From Phoronis australis (lineage: Eukaryota > Animalia > Phoronida), in assembly GCA_002633005.1 (NCBI GenBank), contig NMRA01000388.1:374128-429498 (forward strand): a DNA stretch of 55,371 nucleotides, read 5' to 3'. The number at the start of each line of letters is the position of its first letter. The stretch's first letter is position 1. Positions 26,448-39,591 of this stretch are shown here, in pieces. Both the position numbers and the translations under genes were made by a program. A model generated the notes under the pieces. The model had not been told where the DNA came from. It searched no databases and saw only the letters and a program-made list of their open reading frames with translations.

Positions 26448-27992
26448 CAAAGTTTTCAGGTGCACATCTGAGCAGGAACACAAAATATTACAGGAAGGGA
26501 GAAGGGGGAAGTCGGAATGTTCCGGCCAAAATCAGATGGGCCCGTTTAAGAGCCTTTTACAGTTAACACGTGCCAATTCTGTCCGTCTGCCTCAGGAGGT
26601 AAACTTGTATGTCAGATATTGGGCCTGAATGGGAGAATTCGGTTTTTACTGAGCACGCAAGACACTCCTAATTTTCAGTTCAAGCACAGAAATAACATCC
26701 AGGTAATGTCGGATGCCCTGTCAGACATTTGCCGAGTTCAGCCAGTTTTTCACTGCATGTATTTTATTTATTTATTGTTTGTCGTTGTCAATGTGGTTTG
26801 GAAGCTTTGGGTCACATTTGGTGACCTTGGAATTTGGCCAGATTGCTTTTCACAAGTTGATGTTGTGCAAAGTGTCAAGCTGTGCATTGTATAGTTTGAG
26901 GTAGCATGTGAACTCTTTGAAAACCCTCTTCCTATGATTTTCACCATTTCATAACTCAGAAAGAATTTCTTGAAATAGGAAATTACTGTCCGCAATGTAT
27001 TTGACTGTGTTTTTCACTTTCAGTGCGTAAAAATGAAGTTCAATTCCATTCAAGTGTGGCGGCCATTTTGTCGGTGCACCTCCAGAAATTCCAAAATTAT
27101 TTCAAAATTCCATATTTAGTTCTGAAGAAATTTGATGAGGTGTAGAAAAAGCAAAATTTGGTGAAAAGTTTTAACAAGATTGATATCTGGTCAAATTCCT
27201 TTGATTTTAGCTGAAAGGAAGTGTATCGGAAAAAGTATCTTTAAGACTGCCAGGTGTCATTTGTTTTTGCCAGAGGTTTGATTGGCTTATCAAAAGTATA
27301 TTCATCCACAGTGGTTTCAGAGGAATAACTCAAAAGTCTCGGATTTCTACCAAACTCTCAAACAAGTGTGAATCACAGAACACTAAGATATGTGGTCAAA
27401 TTAGCTAGCTCCAAAATTTCTTAAAACCTTTAAGGGAAATTCTGCTTGCACTTGACCGTTGTAATGGGGTATTCGGATTGGACTCAGCTGTCATGACAGG
27501 GAATCCCGGGGCATCCTGTTTTTGGTGTATACTGTTTATCAGATTCGACTCCTGAACTTGACCTCCACTTGCTGTATGTTATGTTTGGTACTCCTAATTT
27601 TCACACTTGTTCACGAAGTGTTTTAGTTTGCTAGTGCCCATGTGCCTGGTTCCAAATCAGATAGTGGCTTAAGTAGTGACAATGTACATATTGACTCATT
27701 CCGAAATTTATCCATTCAGGAAAGATCATAACAACGTAGTAAAGGAAATTAATTAAAATCTTACTAAAAATTGAGGATGCTCCCAACTGCTTAAATTTTT
27801 TATAGTAGTATTGTAGTCCAGTTGAATATATTAAAATTCATTTCTCTTTGATTATTGTGGGTAATAAATATATTTAAGGTAAAACCATCGTTTTATGTTT
27901 GATTCATCCCGAAAAACAGTGAAAGCATTTTTCCTCTTCTATCTGCTTGCTTTTCTTTTACTTTTAAGTAATAGAGATGCTTCTTATTGTAG

Positions 27993-28054
27993 GGTCAAAT
28001 TGAGGCAGCCGTCCAAGCTTTGACCTTCCAGCGATACTCCATCTTCAGGCCAGG
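27993..28054 (+). CDS. HTATIP2: HTATIP2 coding exon 4
   Basis: ttattgtag|GQIEAAVQALTFQRYSIFRPG|gtagga, 62 nt, ending in phase 2. Confidence 0.93.
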
Positions 28055-29658
28055 GTAGGAACTTTTCTGTTGGTGGATTTGTCCAAAAAATTAGCTTTCT
28101 GATGATAAGGCTCACAAAAGGAAACCACTGGCTTTAATTTAGGTTGTTGGGGTAAATGTTTTAAATGAACAATGGAATGCAGTTGTTTGTCCTTAGCCTT
28201 AGACAGATTTGTAGTTAGTATTTCTTAGCTTGGTGGATGTACAGTAGTTATAAAAATGTGATTAATGTTGACAAAATTAGTCTAACTTTGTCAAAATTAC
28301 GGAATTGAGAAGGAGGTCAGACGAGGCGTGCTTCACTGAGGAATTAGTGGTGGAGATATTATTTTCGTGGAATTTTGTGATCTATAGGTATGGAGTGTGC
28401 TATGTATTTCGTAGAAAATATGTCATTTCAGGTGGACAGTTAGTAACTATAGTAATGATAGAGGTAAATACGCAGTCCAAAATAACTGATGGATTTGCCT
28501 GACTGGTCATTTTAAGTGCTGGACATGATCTCAAGTAGTTACAAGGTGTAAGTAGTTCGTCAGTCCAGAAATCGGTGTTATTTTGAGTCATGAATAAGTG
28601 GATATTGCCTTTTAAAGGGAAATGGTCTCATTTTTGGCAGAGGGGAGGTTAACAGCGCCAATAAATGATCAGAATCTTCTTATTGCTAGCACATTTCCTC
28701 ACTCTAGGTGACGGCCAATTAACTGAAATGGATTTGGCGCCGTCATGCGGTGCTTATTGTCTGCTTCTGTTGAAGGAAATACTGATTACTGGGACACTGT
28801 CTTAATTTGTCTTTCGTCGTCTGCTTTGTGACTCATACCAAACCTTCAGTCTCTCGCCACTTGTATACTTACATCTGAGAATGCAACGACTTGTCTTGTT
28901 TGTCCATAAGTGGCAGCACGTCCTGACCAATCCTTTATGCCAGAATATTTTCCATAAGTGCCTCAGCTATAACAATCACGTTACTATGTGTGCTTTTTGA
29001 GTGTTGATGGATACTTTTGGGGGCCAAGTGGTGTAATCATTCAAGCTTGAACAAATAGAAACTTTATATTGAGTTAAGGGGAGGTCACCCGTCTGCCAGC
29101 CATGTCGAGAGCAGGCAGCACAGACAGGTGAATTTCTAGTTTGTCGTTGTCTGGACAGTTGAAAGGTGAATACGGAAGGTTGCTTTTTGGATTGTGTATG
29201 CTGCAGATATCATGTCATATGTACGCTGTGATGGGGAAGGTCTAATACCATTAAAATTTTGTTAATAGAAAACTACAAGCTGTGAGATGAAAAGTTGTTC
29301 TTTTCATAGGACTATGTACATGTGTTAGAATTAAAAGACATAGTTTATTTAAATTATGCTGCTGGGTAAGTTCATCTTTTTGAGGAGGCAAATATGGCTG
29401 AACAGGCATTCTTTGCATGTCAAATTTAGATTAATATATTGTATAAAGACAGCTTTTGGAATCAGCAAAACACTGCCAACACTGTGTGCTAATACGAGAC
29501 ATTTAGACATGACAAATTTAATGTGTATTCGTACTGCAATGCAAGTGTTAGATTAGGTACCAACAACCTCACTTCTGATTGGTTAAATGGCAATGGAAAC
29601 AGTAGTGCTGAGGTTTTTTGGTTTTTAGGAGTATCAACTCTTCTGTCTCCCCTTACAG

Positions 29659-29881
29659 ATTTTTGATGGGCCATAGAGAGGAGAGGCGAATTGGAGAGAT
29701 TGTACTATCACCTTTCATGAAGTTGATGTACAAAGTGTCACCCACTACCATGACAACGCCGACAACAACCGTCGCTAAGGCCATGCTTAACAACGCGCTT
29801 GCAACCAGCGACCAGCCCAATGAACTGTATGAGAACAAAGACATTTACGAACTCGCTGGAGAAACAAAAAAGAAAAGCTGA
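29659..29881 (+). CDS. HTATIP2: HTATIP2 coding exon 5 (terminal)
   Basis: ccccttacag| phase-2 start, then FLMGHREERRIGE..TTTVAKAMLNNAL..ELYENKDIYELAG..stop. The spliced total is 241 aa. Confidence 0.93.
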
Positions 29882-31933
29882 ATGCAGATGGTGTTGTTGT
29901 AACATCAGGGCCTGGTTGCATCAAATATATACACTGAGCAGCAACAATGATATCACATTGTCACCAGTCACATTGATATAGTTGAACAATGCACCCGATG
30001 CCGTGTGATAATCAAATTTTTCCAGTAGATAAGTTTGGAATTTATGTAATCCAGGCCTGGTGTTGCTTTTAGAAATGGTTTGGTATACAAGCCAGCTTTG
30101 TGTTGTCATCTCTATTTTCAAGCTAATAGCCATATCTTGAAATGAACTTCTCTAGGTTGTGAGGTAAGAAAATTAACATTGGGTAACTGCGGTGCTGAAC
30201 TCAACAGCTGGACACATTTTCTTGTGTGGGGAATGTGGGGAAGAGAACATCTTGCTTTCACGGATTCTTTTTTTCTAAATTCACACATTGCAGCCCACAA
30301 CTCTTTAAGTGGTAAGCGTAAGAACGTAAAAAACAACCTGACGAGATCACCGGGAATTGAATTACAGCAATATGCAAAACCCAGTGACGTGAAAATGAGG
30401 CTAAAAATATGCTCTCGGAGTGTAAAGTACTAGGTGTTTGTTCCAGATTTATCGAGGAGTGAAGATAGATTTCAGGATGTGGCTATTGAACTGTGGTCAA
30501 TGAGTATCTTTTTATTGGCTTTAATATCTCTTGTGATGCGGATGCAACTAACCTTAACATACTAAATTCAGGAACTGTTATGGGTCTGGGTAGTGTGTAT
30601 TAATTAATATGTTATGTTTTTAAGCATTTGTTACGAGCCACATGATGCCTTGTGAAATGAAGGACAGATCGAAAACATCTGGGTCGGTGGAGGACTGCTG
30701 TAGGCATTGTGTGATAGGATTCCCAAGGATATTCCTTCCAAATCTTTGACGTTAAATCCTTAGCTTCCCTCTCAGGATCGTTGGTTTGCCAAATGTGTAA
30801 AATAGCTGTAATCTTAAACATATGAAGCGACACTTTTCAATATTGCAGAAATTTCAGTGTACAATTGTACTTTCTAAATCTCAAATCAGAAGTTATTTTG
30901 TTTCCTAATTACTAGATCTGGCTCTTTTATCTGCTGTGTTTAAGCTTAATGCAAATGTCTGAATTGCCCATTTCCTTCTGCTCTTTTAATTGAATTTCAA
31001 TATAAATTGTCGCTGTTAGCCAATTGTTGATCTTGTGAACATTCCTGTTGGCACAATACAATACTCAAATGAAGTAATCAAAAATGCCGTTGATGAGTGC
31101 CAGCAATTAGTCAAGGCTGCAGAAGCCTAATTAAAGAAGAAAAACAGCTACTACTGATGAATTTTGCTTGCGCCAAGATGCCTTGAAGTACATTCCAGTC
31201 ATTTTTCTAGTTAAGTTTAACAAGTACAATTATGTTTGAATGTCCATCGTTTCTTTGTGAATATGCTTGGGTGAGTACCCATTGTGGCCAAATATCTTCA
31301 CTTTTAGCAAGTTAGGTGTACTTATTATTAAATGTACTTAGCTCCCGATAGATGTCGCTACTAGTCTCCATTAGTGGAAAAGTGTGAAGTAAATAAAAAT
31401 GTGCCATTTTAAGACAAAAAATAACATGTGCCAGTATTTACTTGGTCAAGGGCTCATAACATCGTATTGGTTTAGATGTAGATATTTTCACAACTCAAAT
31501 GACCCATAAGTGCCATCGGTCAAGTGAATGTTCTTACCAGTGGCGCCATCTGTACTTTTACTGGCAGTAACTGTGGGTCTTTCTTCAAGCACAGAAATCA
31601 CATTTTATCAAAATAAGGAATTAGCAGACCAATTTTCTCATGGCGGGTTATTTTCTTATTGGAAGATGAGTTTGCAACAGCTTCTATGTGACCATGGTAG
31701 AGTTCAGTAGGTGTCTCATGGCTAGAAAAATCTGGCCAAAATCACGTTCTCGTTTTTACATGACAACATCTCGCGTAATTTTGCGAAGTCTTGCTTTTGC
31801 TTTTCAGTAATGTCCTAGCTAACTGAACTCTACCCAGGTGTTAGGGTACTGAAATGGTGCTTTGGTCCATTTTGTTCACTGGTCAAATCTTTAAAATAAA
31901 CATTTTTGAGGTTACCTTGTATTCATTACTTTT

Positions 31934-33237
31934 TTAAGCGCCCATATATGGTCGCATATTGTCGTCATCTCTGTCTGGGCGTCTGTCGTCCGGTGTCCGC
32001 AGCTGTATCTCCTAAATACCTTTCATGTTCTTGATGAGATTTGGCAGACATGTTCCTATGAAGCTGATGACAGGTGACGACAAATTTCGGACCTCTCCGA
32101 CTACAGGTGTGCCCCCTAGTGGCAATTTTAGTTTTTACGCTTGCCTCTGTACCTCCGGAAGTCCTCTATGGATTTTCATAAAATTTGAGTTATGCATAAT
32201 TTGCGAAATGACGCTATCCTTCCATTTTCGGATGGATTCAAGGTGTTTTGCGCCACCTAGTGGCCATATTTACTGTTTTCGAGTTTTTTGGCGTCTGCAC
32301 TTCTATAAACCAAACTGCTCTAGGGATGATTTTGAAAATTGGAATATATGTTCTTACTGTGAAAAGGGCAGCCGACGATTTTCTGACGACTTCGACTATT
32401 GTGGCGCCTCCTAGTGGCAGTTTTGTTTGTTTTTGCGCCCATGGCTGTATCTTCTAAACCCCTCACAGGTGAGATTTTGGCAGATGTGCTCTCATGAAGC
32501 TGGCGACAGATGGCGACGAATTTTGGACCTCTCTGACTACCGGTGTGCCCCATAGTGTCAATTTTAATTTTTTACGCTTACCACTGTATATTTAGAGTAC
32601 CTCGACGGATTTTCGTGAAATTTGGCAGTTAGGCATATACTAGTGAAATGATGCTATCATCTAGTTTTCAGACTGATTCGAGGTACCTTGTGCCACCTAG
32701 TGGCCATTTTTACTGTTTTCGAGTCTGTTTTCTGCGTCCGCCATTCTATCAACCAAACTGCTCTAGGGACGATTTTGAAAATTGGTATACATGTTCTCAC
32801 AGTGAAGAGGGCTGCCGACGATTTTCCGATGAGTTTGACTACTATGGCGCCTCCTAGTGGCAGATTTGTTTGTTTTTTGCGCCCATGGCTGTATCTCCTA
32901 AGTGCTCAACAGAATGTTTATTGAATTTTGCTGGTATATTTACATGAAGTTGAAAGCAGAGTACAACTTGCGAAGAATTGGATTATCAGTGTGCCCCCTG
33001 GTGTTAATTTTTTGTTTTTTACGTTTACCTCTGTATCGTCAAAGGTCCTCTGACAATGGATTTTCATAAAATTTAGCAAATAAGCATCTATTAGTGAGGT
33101 GACACTATCCTCTGCTTTTCGGTTGAATTCAAGGTATTTTGCACATAGTGGCCATTTTTATGATACAAATAAATACACCTACAAGCACACCGTTTGCGGT
33201 GCATTCATGGGCGCATTTCAATGCCGAGTTGCTCGTT
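31934..33237 (+). mobile_element. Helentron-associated (HINE/DINE/pearl-like) non-autonomous element with internal tandem array
   Basis: Preceded by a T-run. It has a 5' subterminal repeat GCGCCCAT (31938) with adjacent hairpin partner ATGGTCGC, a GTCY-like microsatellite (~31969-31999) and ~440-bp internal repeats (about 2.7 copies). The 3' end has ATGGGCGC (33207), hairpin GCATTTCAATGC and a terminal ..CGTT. Confidence 0.72.
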
Positions 33238-33260
33238 ACAACTACTCTGCAATCCAAAAT

Positions 33261-33322
33261 TGGCTTTACTTCAACCACCATGGCTTTACTTCAACCACCA
33301 TGGCTTTACTTCAACCACCATG
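33261..33322. repeat. Minisatellite, 20-bp unit x3
   Basis: tggctttacttcaaccacca occurs in three perfect tandem copies. Confidence 0.95.
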
Positions 33323-34030
33323 ATCTGAGACTTCTATATTAGCCACCTTATGGTTGTGTAGAACACACGTCTATTCAGCCAAATGTCCATAAAACTAGAC
33401 TTCAACTCGGTGAAAGTATATATTTCCTGCAAGTACAGAAAGCATGTAAATTTGATTTTGAAGTCCAATCTGCAGTTAACTGGGTCTCGTGACCATTTCT
33501 TTCGTAAATTTCATCTTCAAAGAGAAGTACATTCACAGCAAATCAATGGCTGAATGGCATCAATGTTTGATATAAATGCTTATTAAAGATGAAATCTCAA
33601 ATCACAGTTAATTTTCCAAATTATTTTGCTTTTGATTAGTGAGAATTAAAAGAAAAATATGGGCGTTGGGTGAAAAATGAAAGTGCCTTTAGGTTTTTTA
33701 CTGGTACAGCCCTCAGTTCTTTTCACTCAGAAACCCCTTCTGGTACGCACATATTTACTGACTCATGGGAATCTGTCCTGTACGCAACACTCGATCAAAA
33801 TCAAGGTTTTCCGCAAACAAATCTCTACTCATTGATCACAAAACATTCATATTCACAAGACAACACAACACACACACCCATGGGCCTATAACAACTGGTG
33901 TGAGCCGTAAGTTACTCTTAGACGGAAGGTACAGTAGGTTCGGGTGTACTCACAGAAACGCAACACTGACCTCTGGGATTTTTAAACTTTTTTTGTATTT
34001 TTAAATCTGTACAAAGAATGAGGACTGAAT

Positions 34031-34189
34031 TTATTCATTTTCTTCTGACCGCAGACGGGCGTTGGCATTTGTCACTTTGATAGCTAGCTGTTGAGCACGC
34101 TCAACGATCAGCTTCCTCTTCTTACTGGACACTGTACTGGCAATCTCAGCAGAAAATGTCCGGTTCTGCATCAGCAACACTTCCAACTC
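34031..34189 (-). CDS. RPL32: 60S ribosomal protein L32, last coding exon
   Basis: ttccccag|[52 protein letters not shown]. Confidence 0.97.
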   Translation of the reverse strand, partial: ELEVLLMQNRTFSAEIASTVSSKKRKLIVERAQQLAIKVTNANARLRSEENE

Positions 34190-35083
34190 CTGGGGAACAC
34201 AGAAAGAAAGCAATTGAGACAATGGTGACCAGAGGTTCACTTCATAAGCCAACACTGCCACGTCTCATCGTACTTGGATCTCGTCAAGTTATCTCCTGTA
34301 CCTCCAGATGCACGATTCTCGGAAGAAAAAAGTACATCATATAACTTGAGACATCAAAAGCAATGTCAATCAGCCATTTCTACATTTGATAACTCGGCTA
34401 TATTTCATTTGTTTTTCTTACTTGTTTATAGCCTATTTTTGAGCAGAGTTCCATGACATGTTGTTCGGCAGTTCTAGGCCAGTTGACTCACGGTTGTAAA
34501 GTTTTGATTACAAAGCAAAATCCTACTAGAATGGTTACCGAAATGTAAGTGAAAATATTATTGGTTGAAACGAGAGGAAACCACACAAAACACAGAACGG
34601 ACATTTATGCATTAAGCAAAAAACAATGGACATATCTACCAATAAATTTGGCAGATATTCACAGATAAGATATTCTAATACCTCGTTTAAAAATGCAGTT
34701 TAACCATGCTACAGTAAACCTTCCAGAATGCTTGTTGTAACCATCCCTACTTAGCGACAGTCACCACTGTTATGACCTTATTTGTTTAACAACAAGTTTC
34801 AAATGCTAGTCTTGCAGTTTGAATCATGCACCTCCTAGACCACAGATGATTGTTTTTCTTGGCCTAACAACCAGATGCCCGAGTCAACGTGCAAAAAAAT
34901 GTATGGATCTTTGCAATGCACACAAAAATTGCCCAAGATCTTCCACAAGGCCCCCAGTTCTCGTTACTAGTAAAACAAGCCTTAATCTTGGGTAACTGCG
35001 TGACTCTGGATTAAAATTATTCCTCGTTCAATTGAATGACACATTGTTGCATTTTCGAAACCCACTTCAGTGACAAAACTTAC

Positions 35084-35236
35084 AGCAACGTTGCGAACAA
35101 GAAATTTCTTGAACCCATCTGGGCAGACATGTCTGTGTTTCTTTGCAGTACCATAACCTATATTGGGCATGAGGTACTGGCCCTTGAACCGCCGGCGCAC
35201 TCTGTTGTCAATACCCTTAGGCTTCCTCCAGTTGGA
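35084..35236 (-). CDS. RPL32: RPL32 middle coding exon
   Basis: tgtttcag|[39 protein letters not shown]|gtaagt, 153 nt. Confidence 0.97.
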
Positions 35237-36185
35237 CTGAAACAAACACAGTGGAAGTGAGCTTTTCTGAAGTTTATTTACACTGAAATCATCATTGGTG
35301 ACCTGCAAGTCACCAATGCAACTTCAGATTGTGTTTGGCGACCTGGGAAAAATTCCAAGTCACCACAAAGTCACCACTGCGAGTACAGAAATAATTTCCT
35401 CTAAATTTGTTTCAAACTTCGTGTTCACTTCCAAACTTTAAATTATTAACAGTTTTCCTAGATTTATTACGGTAACCTTTGACTCACAACCGCTCCGCTA
35501 TTTCGTGAAATAAGCAAATTTGCCACCACACTTAAATTACAACACGAAGTAAAGAAACAGGAGTCGGAATTGTTAGGCAAAATCGGGCAAAATCAGCTGT
35601 GTCCGTCTGCATTTAATGTTCGTTCGTTGGAGGCAGGAATTGAGTAAGAGAACGAACCTACATTTAGGCATTTATGGGGTGAAATTGGAGCGCAAGAGAC
35701 TGGGTGGCATCACGGCAGTTTGTCAAGACTACTTTGGCAACCTGTAATATTTGCATAAGCGTCGAGCGCTGCACACATTTTAAAAAAAGTTTACACATTT
35801 TTAATCAAAGGCCTTCCTCTCCTTAAAAACATCTACAAAGTAACAACGATGGGCTTGACTATCTCCAATTTTAGTACTCTCTCCTCATTTTGAAATTGAT
35901 GCTTTCAATATCACTTTTCTGGTGTGTTTTGTTTCCAAGGAATTAGACAATGTTCCAAGTCAATGGGCATTTCGGCACTGTTTAGCCATCACTGAGAATA
36001 TTTAACTCAAGTACCTCAAGGTTTCAAAACATTTTTGCCTGGCAACAATAGACACAGCACAGGCAATGCACACATGTGCCACTTTCGAATTTGGAATTTT
36101 AGGGGTGGCCAACCCCAATAAACCCTGAAGCATTTGATGACAGATTCGGCGTTCTGTTGGTAACAAAAACAGAGTCACAGCATTA

Positions 36186-36446
<261 letters not shown>

Positions 36447-36888
36447 TTATGTGTTTGACAATATATCTATACCAACTGCCAGAGACCAAGACATAATTAA
36501 CAGGACCGCACCAGCCATATTACTCAAAGTCTTGCACATAGATACCATAATCAAAATCTTAAATTCCGTTCAAGAAGTCAAAATTGCGACTGAATTCCAT
36601 CCATTTTCCATTATTACAGAAAACCAGGGTATCGACTCATTACACAAGTACAACGCTTGAAATTCTGACTTTATTTAGACTACACTGAAGTAAGATCTGC
36701 GCTAATGTTATGGTGGCCATTCCACAGGGCCTTCATACGCCGCCAGAAGTTTTTCAGCGAATTATGCCTCACACTGATTTTAACATCACATTGCTATCGG
36801 TACCTTCGCCAGATTTCCTGGAGCAAGAAGTGTAAAAATGGCCAATTGCCAATTTGGGCAACTGAATGAAGACTGCTGTTTGAGCTTA

Positions 36889-37178
36889 CTATACCTAGCA
36901 CCATCTATCCGCAATCTGCTACAACACGTGCTGTTCCTTTTTCATCAGTCAACATCAGTGGTCAATTTCGTCAATTATTAACGTCATCGTATGCGTCTCA
37001 TGGACGACGATAAGATGACGATGACCAATAAGACCGCGAGAGAGGATGACGAGAGCAGACATAACGATGATTATTAATGATGATGTTAATAATTGACAAA
37101 ATCGACCAACGACGTTGACTGATGAAAAAGGAACAGCGCGTGTTGTAGCAGATAGCCGATAGATGGCGCTAGGTAAAG
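36889..37178. mobile_element. MITE with ~100-bp imperfect TIRs and TA flanks (Tc1/mariner-Stowaway-like)
   Basis: 36889-36990 is the reverse complement of 37078-37178 (ctatacctagcaccatctatc..tcaattattaac / gttaataattga..gatagatggcgctaggtaaag), with TA on both sides. Confidence 0.8.
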
Positions 37179-37448
37179 TAAGTTCCCTGAAATGGTTGCC
37201 GATTTCACAGTGCGCGTGGATAAAGTGGACCGAGTTCGGAATAGCCTAGTTATAGAACGGAGTAATTGAGGGTCGTGAGGTGGATATGTACGGATAGCCA
37301 GATGTCTGAGGAATGCAACAATATCAAACTCATTCATTTAGACCCACATTTACTGGATTTATTTGGAATAAGTTAGGGTCCATTATATCCGACTAGTGCC
37401 CCGTACTGTAATTCAACTGGAGATGGTGGTCACTGTCCATATTCACAG

Positions 37449-38172
37449 TAGGCAATGACCATCGCCTCTGTTGGCCCAAACCAGAGGCGATGCAGAGGCT
37501 ATAGGCGCTCTGTACGCCGGAAGCTTTTCGGCGAATTATGCCTCGCACCGACTAAACCATCAAAGTCACGTTGTTATAAATACCTTTTGCGCATAGAGGA
37601 ACACCTTAGGAGGTTTTCAATGTGTTTAAGTCCTTCCAACTCGAACAAACACTCCCGTTATGAAACTTTTTCTTCGAGCAGTCCCTACTTCAGTTCCCAA
37701 AATCGTGAATTCAAAATTTTCATTTTCTTAACCAGGCCGAAGGTCAGAAGTTGCGGTCCTACCGGCGAACTTTGAAAGCTGAAGTTCCCGCCCTTTGCGT
37801 TCGTGCTGCCGGGAACCAGCCGTGCATTTGCCGTGTTGTTAAACATTAAAATGTCAAATATGTGCACAAAGACTATTAAATGTTATATCAACAGCATTTA
37901 TTTTTATCAAATACAAACAATAATTCATTGAAATACAGTTTCAAGTAACGCCAATTAAAGACAAGTATAAGTGGTGGCATTTTGGAAACAGAACATTTGA
38001 CTGACAAGACTGCAATGGCTCACCTATGGCCTATTAAAAGATTGAGGTCATGAAGTCACATCACCTAGCCAGCCCAGTAAAAATTGGAGCGTGCGCAGTA
38101 CAAAAATTTTGACTTCACGATNCCTCTGCATCGCCTCTGGTTCGGGCCAACAGAGTCGATGGTCATTGCCTA
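37449..38172. mobile_element. Inverted-repeat element with ~50-bp TIRs and 9-bp TSD (Mutator-like)
   Basis: TIRs at 37449-37498 and 38123-38172. The direct repeat TATTCACAG lies at 37440-37448 and 38173-38181. An N at 38122 abuts the right TIR. Confidence 0.7.
37762..37800 (-). promoter_or_regulatory. RPL32: Candidate RPL32 TSS and non-coding exon 1
   Basis: The minus strand reads GGGCGG GC-box, pyrimidine-rich CTTCAGCTTTC (TCT/TOP-like), then donor CCG|gtagga. The first coding exon has an acceptor and so needs an upstream exon. Confidence 0.4.
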
Positions 38173-38181
38173 TATTCACAG

Positions 38182-38715
38182 CAGCTACTAAAAATGACGG
38201 CTAATTACAACAGTGTACTTGAAGAAAGCATAGAAACGTCTCTGATTTAAAATTTGAGAAAAAGTCAGTACCACTGGTTTCATTCAGTGGGAGTAACTGG
38301 TTTTCAAATCAGGGACACATGTATCCGACTATGATCGAAACTTATCCATTCAGGACATTAGTTACAAACAACTCGAGAGAAATGCGAACTACAACGCTGT
38401 GAATATTGATGAGAGGGAACTGTCGGAAACCCAACGGAAAAAAGATTCACTGCTAGAATCAGAAGATATCGTGCTGGAAACAGCAAAATATGAGTTTGAA
38501 TTTTGAAAATTAAAACTCAAAATGCTGATATCAAGAAATACGGCGTCGATTTTATTGGATTAATCATAGACGTTAGCACAAAACTCACAAGTTAGCAATC
38601 CAATATGGCGAAAAGGCCGAACAGGATTATGGGAGTGATTACTGCGTCCTCTAGTGGGACTTCGGCGATTGAATTTGATTTCTCGTTCAAGACCACCGCG
38701 TTAGAGCTTTTCCGG
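38182..38715 (+). pseudogene. Decayed coding-like exon of unknown family
   Basis: Consecutive protein-like frames are linked by single frameshifts and one stop, from aaaATG (38194) to donor CGG|gtatgt (38716). The empty site of the adjacent insertion reconstitutes an acceptor (tccatattcacag|). Confidence 0.35.
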
Positions 38716-39472
38716 GTATGTTACTGCATAACAATGAAGATCAGCAAAAACGAGAACAACTATAACAGGTTTAAATATACGTATATTTACATAGTGGGCG
38801 TCACTTCAGAGATCATTTAACATAGCTAGGTCGCTTGTGGCCATGGATCGGCCAAATAAAATCTACCAGAGGCGTATCCGAGGGAGGAATAAGGGCAGGG
38901 AGAAATTTGGGGTTTAGTAGAAATAGGAATCCAGTAACCCTAACTTTGGGTAATAAAGTTTAGGACTGAACAGTGCCCCGATTTTGAGCCTACGAGAGTA
39001 AAAGACCGATGACTTTCGAAAACCACTATGCCGTTGCCTAGACCTAGAATAGAAATTATCAATAAATCCCACAGTACACTGAACACTAATTAATGTATTT
39101 TTACTCAGGCTAGTCTCATTAGATTAGTGCTCTGGTTGCATTATCTCTAAAACATACTACGGGAATGTTCATGAGTTGTGAGTCTCCAAGGGTTGATTAG
39201 AAGTTTCTCATTTTTAGTTCTGGTTGATTCTTCTTTGCGGCCTGTTCAAGCAACTACCTGTTCGCGGCATTTTTGAAACAGAAGCTCCCGACCCCTTGTG
39301 GCCAGTTTTTATAACAGAAACATCCAATTGCCATAATTTTCAAATATCAAGCAGAAAATACAAATTTACGACATAATGAACCAGCCTCGGCAAACCACCT
39401 TATGTTTGATTGCGACATTTCTAGATCCGCACAGCCCATAGTTTTCTCGTTCAATTGTGAAGGTATATGTCA

Positions 39473-39591
39473 CATGCAGGGTGCACCATAGGGTGCCCCC
39501 CAATTTTTTCAGTGCTGCCTCGCCCACGGTCTATGGGCGGTGCACCACAGGGGGCTATAGTCCCCACTTTTTCAGTGCTGAGCCTCCCATG
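39473..39591 (-). mobile_element. Short dimeric MITE (CATG termini), same family as 47162-47303
   Basis: Two subunits each contain tttttcagtgct, the reverse complement of agcactgaaa in the 47162 copy. It sits in one copy of a local duplication. Confidence 0.6.

Noticed and set aside
33261-33322. Regular short direct repeats as a possible CRISPR array
   Set aside because: The units are contiguous with no spacers, there are no cas genes, and the context is eukaryotic.
32025-33342. Several 67-129-aa ORFs with repeated peptides (APPSG)
   Set aside because: They are translations of the tandem units of a non-coding element.
35237-35300. ATGATGA (box C-like) in the RPL32 intron
   Set aside because: There is no CTGA box D before the acceptor ~55 nt downstream.
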